Shown piece after piece: positions 29,286-39,768 of a stretch of 64,000 bases of DNA. The notes below the pieces were generated by a model that saw only the letters and a program-made list of their open reading frames with translations, searched no databases and was not told where the DNA came from. The DNA is taken from contig CASEAR010000041.1 of NCBI GenBank assembly GCA_949285835.1, positions 53,618-117,617 on the forward strand, read 5' to 3'. The DNA is from an uncultured Verrucomicrobiota bacterium. GTDB taxonomy: Bacteria > Verrucomicrobiota > Kiritimatiellia > RFP12 > UBA3636. Position 1 is the stretch's first letter. Every line of letters starts with the position of its first letter. Position numbers and translations under genes: made by a program.

Positions 29286-30509
29286 TCAGCGAAAAACAAT
29301 CACTGTGGACAGGAGCGCCTTCTCAAGGATGCCGGTCTGCGGATCCAGCGTCCATTCAGCACAGCTGTACGTCCCGTCCTCCGCACAGCGGAACACACGT
29401 CCATCGGTAAACACTGCAGCAAATGTCTCCGCATCGAACGATGCATCGAGAGAATCCGCATCAAAGAGCTTCCACATGCCGGATCCGGCGGCCCGGGCCG
29501 CATCTATCACGAAGCTTCCTCCGAAAACTGCGCACCCCTCTCCGCAAATCCAGTTCGAAACCCCAGCTCCGTCGCGAAGAGTGAAAAGAATTTCGCTCCC
29601 GTCCGCGAACCGGACGGTGCCTTTCTCAATCACCGTCGGCCCCGTGTATGTGTTTTTGCCCATGAGAACCAGCGTCCCGTCACCTAGCTTCCTCAAGCCT
29701 CCGTCGACTTCATTTTCACCATCCCCCGTGCAATGCTCGAGACCGCACTGAAAATAGGCAGAAAAACCGGACGCTGCCACATCTACCACCGCGCCGCCCG
29801 AACAGACCCGTGCCGGATTTGCATTAAAAGCGTAATTCGCCATGCTGTTCGTGCTGTAGGGCCAGCTGCCCGCAGCCCTGAGTACGCCGCCGTTGAAATT
29901 GAACACATTCACGCCGTTGCCCATAGGCGTCGGCTGCTGCACCTGCATGACGCCGCCGTTGAGATTCACGGTCACCACCGCGCCTCTGTTTCCCCCTCGC
30001 ATAGAATAGCGGAAAAAGTCTATCTGCCCTCCGTTCACCGTCAGTTCGCACGGGAGCTCTCCATTTTCGCTGACGTAGAGCGTATCCCACAAGGCAAAAA
30101 CCATGCGCCCCCCGTTCACGGTGAGTTTGCCGCCGCTATTGTAATTTCCGACAGAGGAAACGGTTCTGGCCGTATTGGTCAGAACCATAACGCCGCCGTT
30201 GAAAATGAACTCTCCGTTCTGAACAACAAATCTGTCAACCCAGGCCGTTTCCTCCGCTCCTGCGAAAATCAGCGGATAACCATCCCCGTTCGCGACAACC
30301 AGACCGTTTGTATATCCGTGTTCACCATCAAGGACTGGAACCGCGGAATCTTCCCAGTTATTCGGATTGTCCCACTGCGAGTCCTCCGTGCCGCGCCATG
30401 TAAAGTCCCTGCCGTACGACACCACTGATCCGCAGAAAAGCAATTGGAACATGATACATGCAGACAAACAGCCGGACGGCACTCCGATTTTTCTTGTGAT
30501 GATTCTCAT
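29286..30509 (-). CDS. Secreted protein with an autotransporter-associated beta strand repeat (PATR)
   Basis: ATG at 30509 (verified), followed by signal peptide MRIITRKIGVPSGCLSACIMFQLLFCGSVVSYG. W.G.....W....NW opening motif. GGLRKLGDGTLVLMGKNTYTGPTVIEKGTVR matches the PATR consensus. Confidence 0.6.
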   Translation of the reverse strand: MRIITRKIGVPSGCLSACIMFQLLFCGSVVSYGRDFTWRGTEDSQWDNPNNWEDSAVPVLDGEHGYTNGLVVANGDGYPLIFAGAEETAWVDRFVVQNGEFIFNGGVMVLTNTARTVSSVGNYNSGGKLTVNGGRMVFALWDTLYVSENGELPCELTVNGGQIDFFRYSMRGGNRGAVVTVNLNGGVMQVQQPTPMGNGVNVFNFNGGVLRAAGSWPYSTNSMANYAFNANPARVCSGGAVVDVAASGFSAYFQCGLEHCTGDGENEVDGGLRKLGDGTLVLMGKNTYTGPTVIEKGTVRFADGSEILFTLRDGAGVSNWICGEGCAVFGGSFVIDAARAAGSGMWKLFDADSLDASFDAETFAAVFTDGRVFRCAEDGTYSCAEWTLDPQTGILEKALLSTVIVFR

Positions 30510-30589
30510 GAAACGTCTCCTTTGTCCAGATTTCAGCCTCCCGCAATAACAAAATTCGCCGGCATTCCTGATTTGCCCAAACGGATGCT

Positions 30590-31711
30590 TCATACTCCGG
30601 CTCCACGCCGGCCGCGCCGGCCTCCAGCGGAACAAACCGGCGCTTCCGCTGCTGAGTTCGCACAGGTGGATTCCCTTACCGCCACAGGGGCTTCGTCCGG
30701 CTGAAGAAGCAGCGGCCCGGGCCATTCACCGGAGCCGCGGATCCACTCCAGACACAAAGCGAAGTACGGCGACGGATCCGTTGCTTCAAGCGCCGTAAGA
30801 GATGGAACAAGCATTCCGCCTATGCCCTCGCTGTCAACCGCGCACACTGACACATCGCGACCGGGCCTGATGCCGCATTCGTAAAAAGCCCTCATGGCCC
30901 CCACCGCCGCCGGCATAGTCGTGCACAGCAGTGCCGTTGCATCAAACCTGCCTCCCGAAACGGCACGCTTCATCGCACGGTAAGCGTTGCAGTACGGCTC
31001 CCGGTGGCATTCCTGCCCGGACTGCAGCAGCCTGCCCGTACAGTTGTGCGCCTTCAGCCATACCGCCCACTGGCCGACCCGCTCCTTAAGCGCCGCGTCC
31101 GCCTCCGGCGGATCTGCGCATATGGCAAGGCAATCTATCCGGCGGTGGCCGAGACCCCACAAATAATCCAGAAGCCTCTGCACAAACACAGGAGGAAAAA
31201 CACGCACCGACGGGATGCCAGCATAGCTGAAATCCTGATCCACAATCACCGCCTTCCTGCAGGAACGAATCCTCTCCAGAAGCTCTGGAGACGGAAGTTC
31301 GGGTACGGGAATGATGAAGATGCCATCAAACGTCTCCAGCGCATCCATCACAATCGGATCGTCCCAGTGCATGTACAGAATCGTCTTCACAATGCCGCCG
31401 CATTTTTCAGCAGCCGTGTCAAGACCGACCCTCCATCTCTCAACAACCTGAGAACACACCGTCGGAACCAGGAACGCCAAATGCAGGCCCCTTCCGCTGC
31501 CATGCACCCGTCTGCCCGGGACAGTCCTTCCATTTTCCTTACGGACAAGCACGCCCTCGTCGACAAGTGTCCTGACCGCACGACGTACCGTCATGTAACT
31601 GGCGCCGACTTCAGCCGACAATTGACGTTCCGCAGGAATTTCCCGGAGGAGATAATCGCCGCGAAAAACTCTGTTCTTCAACAGCTCAGCAATTTTAAGA
31701 TACTTTTTCAT
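30590..31711 (-). CDS. GntR-family regulator of the AraR type (helix-turn-helix plus LacI-like sugar-binding domain)
   Basis: LSAEVGASYMTVRRAVRTLVDEGVL is a helix-turn-helix. C-terminal periplasmic-binding-protein-like domain. Paralog of 6652-7713. Confidence 0.7.
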   Translation of the reverse strand: MKKYLKIAELLKNRVFRGDYLLREIPAERQLSAEVGASYMTVRRAVRTLVDEGVLVRKENGRTVPGRRVHGSGRGLHLAFLVPTVCSQVVERWRVGLDTAAEKCGGIVKTILYMHWDDPIVMDALETFDGIFIIPVPELPSPELLERIRSCRKAVIVDQDFSYAGIPSVRVFPPVFVQRLLDYLWGLGHRRIDCLAICADPPEADAALKERVGQWAVWLKAHNCTGRLLQSGQECHREPYCNAYRAMKRAVSGGRFDATALLCTTMPAAVGAMRAFYECGIRPGRDVSVCAVDSEGIGGMLVPSLTALEATDPSPYFALCLEWIRGSGEWPGPLLLQPDEAPVAVRESTCANSAAEAPVCSAGGRRGRRGAGV

Positions 31712-32086
31712 ATCAACACAGAACGCTATCGTATATGCATAAATTATGGCAAAATGCTATAACAAATTCAACATTAACCTACGGGGAGTTCCACTCATCC
31801 GAGCCCACTTCGATTTTTCAAGGGATAGACGCGGTGCGCTCCCACCTCGCTAATACCCGAAAACATAAGTTCCATTTTGCCAATGCGGCACCGTAAAAAT
31901 TATATGCTGCGTGCCCATGAGCCGACAAAAGGACGCCCCATCTCCGGATTTACGTTCCATTGCGGCGGCGCCACTGCAGGCACGAACGCTGAATTCTGCG
32001 GCCCTTCCGTCATTCCGCATCCGTCTGGCGTTCCATCGCATACTGAACAGTTCCCGGCTTTTAGTCTGCGATCCTTCACAGTGCTT

Positions 32087-32290
32087 AAATTTAAGATGAG
32101 CACGTGGATGAGAATATTGAGAATATATGGTATGTTTTCCAATGATGTTTCCTTTCTGCGCGAATTGTGTTGAGGGCTCCATTTCAGCAGAAAGCGGAAG
32201 ATCACCGTTTCCCGGAAATGATCTGCCCGCATGGCGGCAGCGGGGATCTCCTCTTTTGGGCGTTTTTTTCATGGCGCATGCCTTCCCTTC
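32087..32290 (-). repeat. Conserved intergenic element, copy A (inverted relative to copy B at 15970-16165)
   Basis: The reverse complement aligns with 15970-16165, with one 9-nt indel. The stem CCTTTCTGCG...CAGCAGAAAGCGG is retained. Confidence 0.6.
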
Positions 32291-32407
32291 GGGTATGGAC
32301 GCTGCATTCTGCACTTTTCACGGCTTTAACCACACACCGCCATTGCTTGCAACCCCATTGCAATAATGCTAGAATCCGTGCTTGTTTGACGGAATCGAAC
32401 GGGGAAG

Positions 32408-33013
32408 ATGAAGGGGAATGTATTCGCAATGACGGCGACTCCATTTGAAGACATCGTAAAAGCGGCGGAGGAAGCCGTAGGTTCGCTGCGCAGCCTTGCA
32501 GACAAGTTTGAGGCCGCGGCGGAGCTGTTCACCGGCACCCTCCTGAACGGCGGTACAGTTCTCACAGCAGGCAACGGCGGCAGCGCGGCCGAAGCCATGC
32601 ACATGGCGGAAGAGCTGTCCGGCAGATACAAGGGGGAAAGGCGGCCGCTCCCCGGAATATCGCTCTGCTCGGACGGCACCGCCATGACATGCATATGCAA
32701 TGATTACGGCGCCGGAGCCGTTTTCTCCCGTCAGGTGGAGGCCATAGGCCGCAAAGGGGATCTTCTGGTCGTCTTCTCCACCAGCGGGAACTCCGGCAAC
32801 ATCATTGACGCCGTCGCGGCCGCAAAGAAAAAAGACATAAGAGTGATAGCGCTGCTCGGACGCGGAGGCGGCGCCATGAGAGGCGCCGCCGATGTGGAGA
32901 TCATCGTCAACGCCGCCGACTCCGCGCACATTCAGGAAGCGCATCAAGTCGTAATGCACGCACTGCTTGAGCGCATAGAGGAAGCTCTTGCACAGGAAAC
33001 CTGCGTCCCATGA
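32408..33013 (+). CDS. gmhA: SIS-domain phosphoheptose isomerase (D-sedoheptulose 7-phosphate isomerase)
   Basis: GNGGSAAEAMHMAEELSGRY and the later VFSTSGNSGN are GmhA/DiaA SIS motifs. About 200 aa. Confidence 0.75.
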   Translation: MKGNVFAMTATPFEDIVKAAEEAVGSLRSLADKFEAAAELFTGTLLNGGTVLTAGNGGSAAEAMHMAEELSGRYKGERRPLPGISLCSDGTAMTCICNDYGAGAVFSRQVEAIGRKGDLLVVFSTSGNSGNIIDAVAAAKKKDIRVIALLGRGGGAMRGAADVEIIVNAADSAHIQEAHQVVMHALLERIEEALAQETCVP

Positions 33014-33026
33014 CGGAGAATATAAG

Positions 33027-33956
33027 ATGACTTTCAGACATTTCGCCGCCGCGTTAATCGTCGCCGCTGCTTCAGCATCTGCTGCGGCAGAACAGGCTCC
33101 CGTGTCCATACGGCTTGAAATGGAACACTCCGAGTTCGTGTCCGGCGAGCCGCTTCGCACCGCTGTCCTCATAACCAACATGGGCGTTTCTCCGTACATA
33201 GCGGACGACTACGGCGTTTACACAAACAACACCGTCAGCGTGTACCTCAAAACAAGAAGCGGCAGAATGCTCTTCCCGGACGGCAGCGTTCCGGAACTTA
33301 AGGAATTCATGATTCCCGCGAACGCAACGAAGAAAATAATCTTCGACCTGAGAAAGCTTTTCCCCGGCATCAGCGAAGGACAATACATGGTTCAGGCGGC
33401 TGCAAATTCGTCCGAAGGGACTTCCGTTTCACAGGTGAAATCGTTCTCCGTCGTTCCCGGACTCGAAATCCTCTCCGCTGTAAGAGCTCGGGAGGGCATC
33501 GGCAGGAGCGAATTTCTCAAATACTCTCTGCTTTCGTGGAACCGGGACGGAAGCGACACCCTTTTTCTGCGTGTGGACAACGTTACCGACGGACGCCTTT
33601 TCGCGTTCGCCAAAATCGGAACCTTCGTAACCATGTCCAAGCCGGTGCTGACGTTCCAAGGGAACCGCGAGGCAAAAATAGTTCATCAGACTTCCCGGGA
33701 CGATTTCATCATAACCCGCCTGTTTATAAATGACAACTCTTTGTCTCTTGTTTCACGCACCCCTGTTCGTAACCCAGCCTCCGTGATGGAAGAACTCGCG
33801 GTGCGCGAGGTCAGCGATGCAATAGACGCGAAGGAGGCGAAAGAAAAAGAGAAGAGGAAAGGGTTCTTCAAACGCGTCAACGTCTCCTCTGAGAGAATTC
33901 GCCCATCCCTCGATTCTCAGCAGTCGGAAGGAGACAAAAACGGCAGCGGGAAATAG
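33027..33956 (+). CDS. Secreted hypothetical protein
   Basis: ATG at 33027 (verified) gives signal peptide MTFRHFAAALIVAAASASAAA. No recognisable catalytic motif. Lys/Glu-rich C-terminus. Confidence 0.4.
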   Translation: MTFRHFAAALIVAAASASAAAEQAPVSIRLEMEHSEFVSGEPLRTAVLITNMGVSPYIADDYGVYTNNTVSVYLKTRSGRMLFPDGSVPELKEFMIPANATKKIIFDLRKLFPGISEGQYMVQAAANSSEGTSVSQVKSFSVVPGLEILSAVRAREGIGRSEFLKYSLLSWNRDGSDTLFLRVDNVTDGRLFAFAKIGTFVTMSKPVLTFQGNREAKIVHQTSRDDFIITRLFINDNSLSLVSRTPVRNPASVMEELAVREVSDAIDAKEAKEKEKRKGFFKRVNVSSERIRPSLDSQQSEGDKNGSGK

Positions 33957-34047
33957 CGCGGGCGGCGCGCAGTGCGTCATACACATTACTTTTTCAGCCG
34001 CCCCGGCAGCAAGTTGCCGGGGACTGTTTTGACGGAAGGTTTTTGAA

Positions 34048-35451
34048 ATGAACACAACAAACAGCGCGGGCGGAAGCTCGGAACAAACTGAAATCGGCAA
34101 AATAGACCGGGACGTACTCCTGTTCACCGTCGGCAAAGATCCGGTGCTTGATCTGGAGCTTGCGGAGTGGGACTGCTTCGGTACGGCAGCGCACGTTACC
34201 ATGCTTTCACGCATGTCATACTCCCCGAGAATTTTCTCCGTGGAAGAGCGCAACCGCGTTGTGTCCGTGCTGGCGGCGATCGCAGAATCGGCCAGAAAAC
34301 GGGAATTTAAAATCTCCGACGCGGATCAGGACTGCCACCTCGCGATAGAACGCATCGTTACGGAGCGGCTCGGAGAAATAGGCCGCCGCATTCATACCGG
34401 ACGCAGCCGCAACGATCAGTCGGCCACAGCAGTCAGGCTTTACGCGCGCAACGAACTTCTGGGATGCATCGGAGAGATGGCGCAACTGGCCTCCGTGCTC
34501 ACCGCGTTCGGACGCTGTCACCACAGCATTCCCATGGTGGGACGCACCCACCTCCAGCCCGCGATGCCTAGCAGCGTGGGCGTGTGGGCTACATGCTACG
34601 CCGAAGCCCTTCTCGACGACATTACTCTCGTCAAAGCCGCCTACGACGTCACCAACAGGTGCCCCCTCGGTTCGGCGGCGGGCTACGGCGTCCCGCTTCC
34701 CATCGACAGAGACCTGACATCCCGCCTTCTGGCTTTCAAAGAACCGGTTCACAACGTAATGTATGCCGGCAACTCCAGAGGGAAAACGGAATCTGCCGTC
34801 GTTTCCGCGCTCTGCCAGGTCATGCTCACACTCTCCAGACTCGCCGAAGACCTGGTGCTTTTTTCAATGCCTGAATTCGGATACTTCTCGATACCGAAGG
34901 AATTCTGCACAGGCAGCAGCATAATGCCGCAAAAATACAATCCCGATGTCTGCGAGCTCATCAGGGCGCGCGCCGCGCGGCTCATCGGGCTCAGCGCCGG
35001 AACCGCCGCCATCATCAAAGCCATGCCCGGCGGATACAACCGCGACCTTCAGGACACTAAAGAACTCCTGATCGAAGCCTTCAACGCCACCCGTTCGTCT
35101 CTGCGCATCATGACGCGCATTGCAGGCGGTCTCATGCCTGTGCCCGAAAAACTGCGCGCCGCTTTTGCCGAACCCGGAGTGTTCGCTACAGACCGCGCGC
35201 TTGAGCTCGTCGCCGGAGGCATGCCGTTCCGCGACGCATATCATCAGGTCAGGGATCATCTTGAAGACCTTAAAACCATGGATCCGGACAAAGCTGCCGC
35301 CGCCAAAACTCATACAGGAGCTCCTGCCGGACTGGATTTCGACATGTACGATGCGCGGACCGAGGCGGCGTCCGGCGACGCGTCCAAAGAACTTGCCCGG
35401 ATAACACAGTGCCTCGCAAACCTCATGAAACCAGTAAAGCAAACGTCCTGA
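34048..35451 (+). CDS. argH: Argininosuccinate lyase
   Basis: TGRSRNDQ and GSSIMPQKYNPDVCELIRA are fumarase/ASL family signatures. 467 aa. Confidence 0.9.
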   Translation: MNTTNSAGGSSEQTEIGKIDRDVLLFTVGKDPVLDLELAEWDCFGTAAHVTMLSRMSYSPRIFSVEERNRVVSVLAAIAESARKREFKISDADQDCHLAIERIVTERLGEIGRRIHTGRSRNDQSATAVRLYARNELLGCIGEMAQLASVLTAFGRCHHSIPMVGRTHLQPAMPSSVGVWATCYAEALLDDITLVKAAYDVTNRCPLGSAAGYGVPLPIDRDLTSRLLAFKEPVHNVMYAGNSRGKTESAVVSALCQVMLTLSRLAEDLVLFSMPEFGYFSIPKEFCTGSSIMPQKYNPDVCELIRARAARLIGLSAGTAAIIKAMPGGYNRDLQDTKELLIEAFNATRSSLRIMTRIAGGLMPVPEKLRAAFAEPGVFATDRALELVAGGMPFRDAYHQVRDHLEDLKTMDPDKAAAAKTHTGAPAGLDFDMYDARTEAASGDASKELARITQCLANLMKPVKQTS

Positions 35452-35452
35452 T

Positions 35453-36682
35453 ATGAAAGAGGAAACGTCCAGCTCATCCCGTGAAAGCGGCAGAACATCG
35501 CCGGAAACGCCCAAATACAGCGGCATAGTATTTACGGACTCCCAGAAAACCAACATCGCCAGGGCGATTTCCCTTTTTTCGTTCATCGCCATAGTGGCCA
35601 TGCTCTATCTGGTGTGCAGCTTGGCGGTAAAATTCTTTTCCGCTCACAGCACCGTTCTGATGCCCCCAGCCATCGCCATTGTGCTCGCAATGTTTCTTCA
35701 GCCGCTGTACAACTGGATTTACGAACACACCTTTCGAAAGCACTGGATAGCCCTAACGGTTATCGCCGCGATCGTACTCGTGCCGGCCGCGGCTTTCCTA
35801 TACATGTTCGGCAGCCTTGTACTTTCCCAGATTGACAACTTCATATCGTCTCTACCGGCAATTGCATCCGGGGTTAACGACTGGATATCCAAAAACATGC
35901 CGGACGTCATGGTGTTTCTCAAGAAGTACAAGATTCCCGAGATGGTCTCGCACCTGAATCCCGAGAACTTGATAAACGCCAGTGCCATAGCCGCCAAAAT
36001 CGGCACCACGGCAGCGTCCGTCGGTTCATTCCTCGTTTCTACAGTGTCCAACGCCCTCGGCTGGTTTGCGCTGCCGATATACACCGCACTGCTTCTCGTA
36101 TCTAAGCCGTTCTCAGGCAGCGATGTGAAAAAATTCCTTGTTTTCGCGTCTCCGCACACGCGCGACAATGCGGCGTTTCTCATAGACCAGTTCCTCAACA
36201 TCGTGGTCGCATTTTTCCGCGGACAGGTTCTTGTCGCGCTTATTCAGGGAATTCTGTTCGGACTGGGATTCCAGCTGATCGGGCTCAGCTACGGCATGCT
36301 GATCGGACTGACGCTCGGAATTCTCAACATAGTGCCGTATTTGGGCAACATGGTCGGACTGTCAGTCACGATTCCAATTGCGCTGTTCGGCCACAACGGA
36401 GGCGTCGAACTGCTTGCGCTCACACTGCTCGTATTCTGTGCCGTGCAGACTGTCGACGCATACTTCATCACGCCGAAAATCATGCAAAACAAAACCGGTC
36501 TTAACCCGTTTGCCGTGATTTTTTCCCTCTTTTTCTGGTCGTCGGTCATCGGCGGCGCGATAGGAATGCTCCTCGCCATACCGCTGAGCGCATTTATCAC
36601 GGTGTTTCTGCAGTGGCTGCGGAGAGAATACTTCCGGCAGTACATGGACGGCGAAAACTGTGAAACCGGAGAAAACACCTGA
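35453..36682 (+). CDS. AI-2E family transporter (PerM/UPF0118-like) membrane protein
   Basis: 409 aa, about 8 TM segments arranged 3+5 around a central loop. C-terminal LLAIPLSAFITVFLQ. Confidence 0.45.
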   Translation: MKEETSSSSRESGRTSPETPKYSGIVFTDSQKTNIARAISLFSFIAIVAMLYLVCSLAVKFFSAHSTVLMPPAIAIVLAMFLQPLYNWIYEHTFRKHWIALTVIAAIVLVPAAAFLYMFGSLVLSQIDNFISSLPAIASGVNDWISKNMPDVMVFLKKYKIPEMVSHLNPENLINASAIAAKIGTTAASVGSFLVSTVSNALGWFALPIYTALLLVSKPFSGSDVKKFLVFASPHTRDNAAFLIDQFLNIVVAFFRGQVLVALIQGILFGLGFQLIGLSYGMLIGLTLGILNIVPYLGNMVGLSVTIPIALFGHNGGVELLALTLLVFCAVQTVDAYFITPKIMQNKTGLNPFAVIFSLFFWSSVIGGAIGMLLAIPLSAFITVFLQWLRREYFRQYMDGENCETGENT

Positions 36683-37895
36683 CACGCTTAAGCTTCGCAT
36701 ACTCCATGTCGACATGGACGCGTTTTTCGCGTCCATAGAGCAGCGCGACAACCCATCCCTGCGCGGCAAACCCGTAGTCGTCGGCGCAGGGCCTGACGAG
36801 CGCGGCGTAGTGTCAACTGCGTCTTACGAGGCGCGTAAATTTGGAATTCATTCCGCAATGCCGTCACGTGAAGCGGGACGGCTTTGTCCGCACGCCGTTT
36901 TCATACGTCCGGATCATGCCAGATACAGCGCCGTCTCAAGACAAATATTCGAGATATTCAACCGTTACACGCCGTTTGTTGAAGGTCTGTCCTGCGACGA
37001 AGCATTTCTCGACGTGGGCGGCTCATTCAGACTGTTCGGCGAAGCGGCCGAAATTGCCGAAAAAATCCGTTGCGACATCAGGAGAGAGACCGGACTTACG
37101 GCTTCCGTAGGGGTCGCCGCAAACAAATTCCTTGCAAAACTTGCAAGCGACATGCACAAGCCGGACGGCTTAACGGTCGTCCCCGCCGATCCCGACAGCA
37201 TAAAGGCGTTCCTCGATCCCCTGCCGGTGCGCTCCGTATTCGGCGTAGGAAAAACGACGGCGGAGGCGCTCGCCTCCGCCGGCATACGGACAATATTCGA
37301 CGTGCGGAACGCTCCGCCGGGAGTTCTCCGCCGCCTGCTGGGCGCGGCGCGGGCCGGGATCCTCGCGGATCTGGCATCCGGCATCGACAACCGCCCCGTG
37401 CAAACCGAACGAGAGGAAAAAACCATCTCCGGAGAATACACGTTTCCGGAAGACGAGCCGGAACGGGAAACCGTAAGGGAACGGCTTCTGGAAATAGCGT
37501 CCAAAGTGGGGCGCCGCATACGCGAAGCCGGCAAACGCGCCGCAACCGGCAAAATAAAAATCCGGTGGGGAGACTTCTCCACAGCCACGCGTCAGAAACG
37601 GTTTCCGGAGCCAGTATGCGACGACATATCCTTCCGGCGTCTAGCGTCCGAACTTTTCGACTCTGTCTACACCGGAGCGCCGGTGCGCCTCATAGGATTC
37701 GGTGTGACCGATCTGGAATCCGGCCCCGGTGAAGCCACGCTTTTCGCATCGGAATCACTGAAACGCAGGGAAAGGCTCTGCGCCGCGGTCGATTGCGCCC
37801 GGCGCAATCTCGACGGAGGCAGCATATCCTTCGGGATACGCCGGACCACACCGACGCCCGGAAGCTCTTCGGAAGACGACTCGGACGAATGCTGA
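36660..37895 (+). CDS. dinB: DNA polymerase IV (Y-family)
   Basis: ILHVDMDAFFASIEQRDNPSLRGKPVVVG...SYEARKFGIHSAMP...LSCDEAFLDVGG. The start may lie slightly downstream of 36660, which overlaps the preceding gene. Confidence 0.85.
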   Translation: MKPEKTPDTLKLRILHVDMDAFFASIEQRDNPSLRGKPVVVGAGPDERGVVSTASYEARKFGIHSAMPSREAGRLCPHAVFIRPDHARYSAVSRQIFEIFNRYTPFVEGLSCDEAFLDVGGSFRLFGEAAEIAEKIRCDIRRETGLTASVGVAANKFLAKLASDMHKPDGLTVVPADPDSIKAFLDPLPVRSVFGVGKTTAEALASAGIRTIFDVRNAPPGVLRRLLGAARAGILADLASGIDNRPVQTEREEKTISGEYTFPEDEPERETVRERLLEIASKVGRRIREAGKRAATGKIKIRWGDFSTATRQKRFPEPVCDDISFRRLASELFDSVYTGAPVRLIGFGVTDLESGPGEATLFASESLKRRERLCAAVDCARRNLDGGSISFGIRRTTPTPGSSSEDDSDEC

Positions 37896-37902
37896 GCGCT
37901 GC

Positions 37903-39768
37903 TCAGCGTCCCCCCATGGAGAACGTCACCTTATGGCGCAGCTCTCCAGTTCCATCCGACTTGCGCTCGAACATAACAACCCGTACGCCCTCCAGCGGCG
38001 AATCCCACGGATTGAGCAGATCCCCCGCCTCGGCGACTTCCCACACCACATTCGGCGCATCCGCTTCAAGAGTCATCGTCAAGCCGTCCTGTGTCAGGGT
38101 GAGCACATTGCCGCGGACTTCCGCCGAAGCCCGCGTGACCATCTGCCATCGCACCACGTCCCCGGCTGCCAGCCCGCTCACATGGTCTTCCGTTACCAGT
38201 CGGCTTCTTCCCGGGAAATAGTAAACTCTCTGCGCATCGAACCCCAGCACGTCCCTCAAATCCACCTTTACGGACGGATCTGCTCCGTTGAATCCGGAGC
38301 ATTCAAGCGCCGCGCTCCCTTTTACTCTCTGGCGCATCCCGTTCACAACCATCTGGGAATGCCCGTTTACGCCGTAGCGGAAGACGTCCCACCTCGCGCC
38401 GTCCTGACTTCCGTTCCAGAGACTGAACCCCTTCTGTTCAAGTTTGTTGTAATCCTCCCCGCCCAGTTCCAGAGACCATCTCACACCTCCGGCCTCCAGC
38501 ACAAAAGACCCCGCATCCATATGCCCGTGCGATACTGACGGCGTGCCTCCCTTCACCGCCACGTACCATGCATCACGGTCTCCGCCGCTTCTCATCGCGG
38601 CGAACTCCGATTTGCCGCGCCCGTGGTAGTCGCGCATAAACTCCATACGCGGGCCGCCGCCCGCGGGGGACGCCTCCACAGGGGTGTCTCCGGCAGGAAG
38701 CAGCAGCAGCGCAGCAAGCCTGTCTGAAGCGAATCTGGCGGGATTTTCCTCAAGGGTTCGCCATTCGCAGCCGAAATAACCGGATCCTCTTCCTCCGAAC
38801 TTCTCCGGAAAGCGATCCGCGAACCACAGCAAGCCCGCCTCACACCTGCGCGAATCGTGGCTGTCCGCATAGTTGCAAAAACGCCCCCCGGGACCCGTGA
38901 CGGCCAGCATGTAGTCTGCAGAATCAGCGAAGCCCTCCATGCCGCTCAGACCGAAATCACTGCCGAACGCGGCCTCCAGCATCGAGATGAACACGATGTT
39001 GTACGTCGTTCCGTACGACCAGTACATCGGCCCCTCCGGATACACCCCGTCCGGCGCGTACCCCAGCATCGGCTTCCGTATATTGCTTATCGCGCGTTCA
39101 ATTACCTCGAACGCCTCTTCCGGATACTTATCCGCCAGGGCAATCGCCGCGGCAGAGACGCCGGTGTGGCAAACCTGCCCCCAGTTGTTGCCGGCCCGCA
39201 CCCACCATTGAGAGTCGTCTAGCGCGGTGGACAGCCCAAGTCGCCACAATGCCTCGGCGATTTTCTCCCGCGACTCCGGATCCAGATCGTTGTAAAGCCA
39301 GTCATAACCTACCGCCACGGCGAGCGACATCTCCGCAGTGTCCAGATAGTGCGATGGATTCCAGTCCGGGAAAGAACATACCGCAAGCAGCTCTGCCTTA
39401 GCTCTCTCGAGCGCTTCTGCATCCCCCCACACCAGCCACGCACCCGCAAGCGTCGTTATCCTGTGCAGCGCGCGCCTTGATACGGCAAGAATACGGCGCC
39501 CGATCTTCACCCGCTCCAGAACGGGTTCCTTCTGCAGCGCCGCGGCTTCCCTGCGCAGGGCTTCCGCGTAGGGAACAATATCGGCAGGAACGGTTATCCT
39601 GCCCGGTTCTGTCAGAATGATGCGCGGATGTCCGCTGCCAATGGAATCAAACGACTCTCGAAGACCCTTCGCATCCGGCACCGCCGCCGAAGCCCCGGCC
39701 GCCGTGCACGCCAGCCCGGCAGCGGCCATTCTCATCCCAGCACACCCGTGCATCGGCAAAACCCTCAA
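37903..39768 (-). CDS. Secreted heparinase II/III-like polysaccharide lyase (alginate-lyase-like alpha/alpha N-domain plus Hepar_II_III C-domain)
   Basis: Signal-like N-terminus. SVSHGHMDAGSFVLEAGGVRWSLELGGEDY matches the heparinase II/III H.H.D.gsf motif. 621 aa. Confidence 0.55.
   Translation of the reverse strand: MRVLPMHGCAGMRMAAAGLACTAAGASAAVPDAKGLRESFDSIGSGHPRIILTEPGRITVPADIVPYAEALRREAAALQKEPVLERVKIGRRILAVSRRALHRITTLAGAWLVWGDAEALERAKAELLAVCSFPDWNPSHYLDTAEMSLAVAVGYDWLYNDLDPESREKIAEALWRLGLSTALDDSQWWVRAGNNWGQVCHTGVSAAAIALADKYPEEAFEVIERAISNIRKPMLGYAPDGVYPEGPMYWSYGTTYNIVFISMLEAAFGSDFGLSGMEGFADSADYMLAVTGPGGRFCNYADSHDSRRCEAGLLWFADRFPEKFGGRGSGYFGCEWRTLEENPARFASDRLAALLLLPAGDTPVEASPAGGGPRMEFMRDYHGRGKSEFAAMRSGGDRDAWYVAVKGGTPSVSHGHMDAGSFVLEAGGVRWSLELGGEDYNKLEQKGFSLWNGSQDGARWDVFRYGVNGHSQMVVNGMRQRVKGSAALECSGFNGADPSVKVDLRDVLGFDAQRVYYFPGRSRLVTEDHVSGLAAGDVVRWQMVTRASAEVRGNVLTLTQDGLTMTLEADAPNVVWEVAEAGDLLNPWDSPLEGVRVVMFERKSDGTGELRHKVTFSMGGR

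Noticed and set aside
28146-29751. Several 90-200-aa plus-strand ORFs antisense to the clan GH-A hydrolase and PATR genes
   Set aside because: High-GC antisense artefacts with Arg/Pro/Ser-rich translations. No independent evidence.
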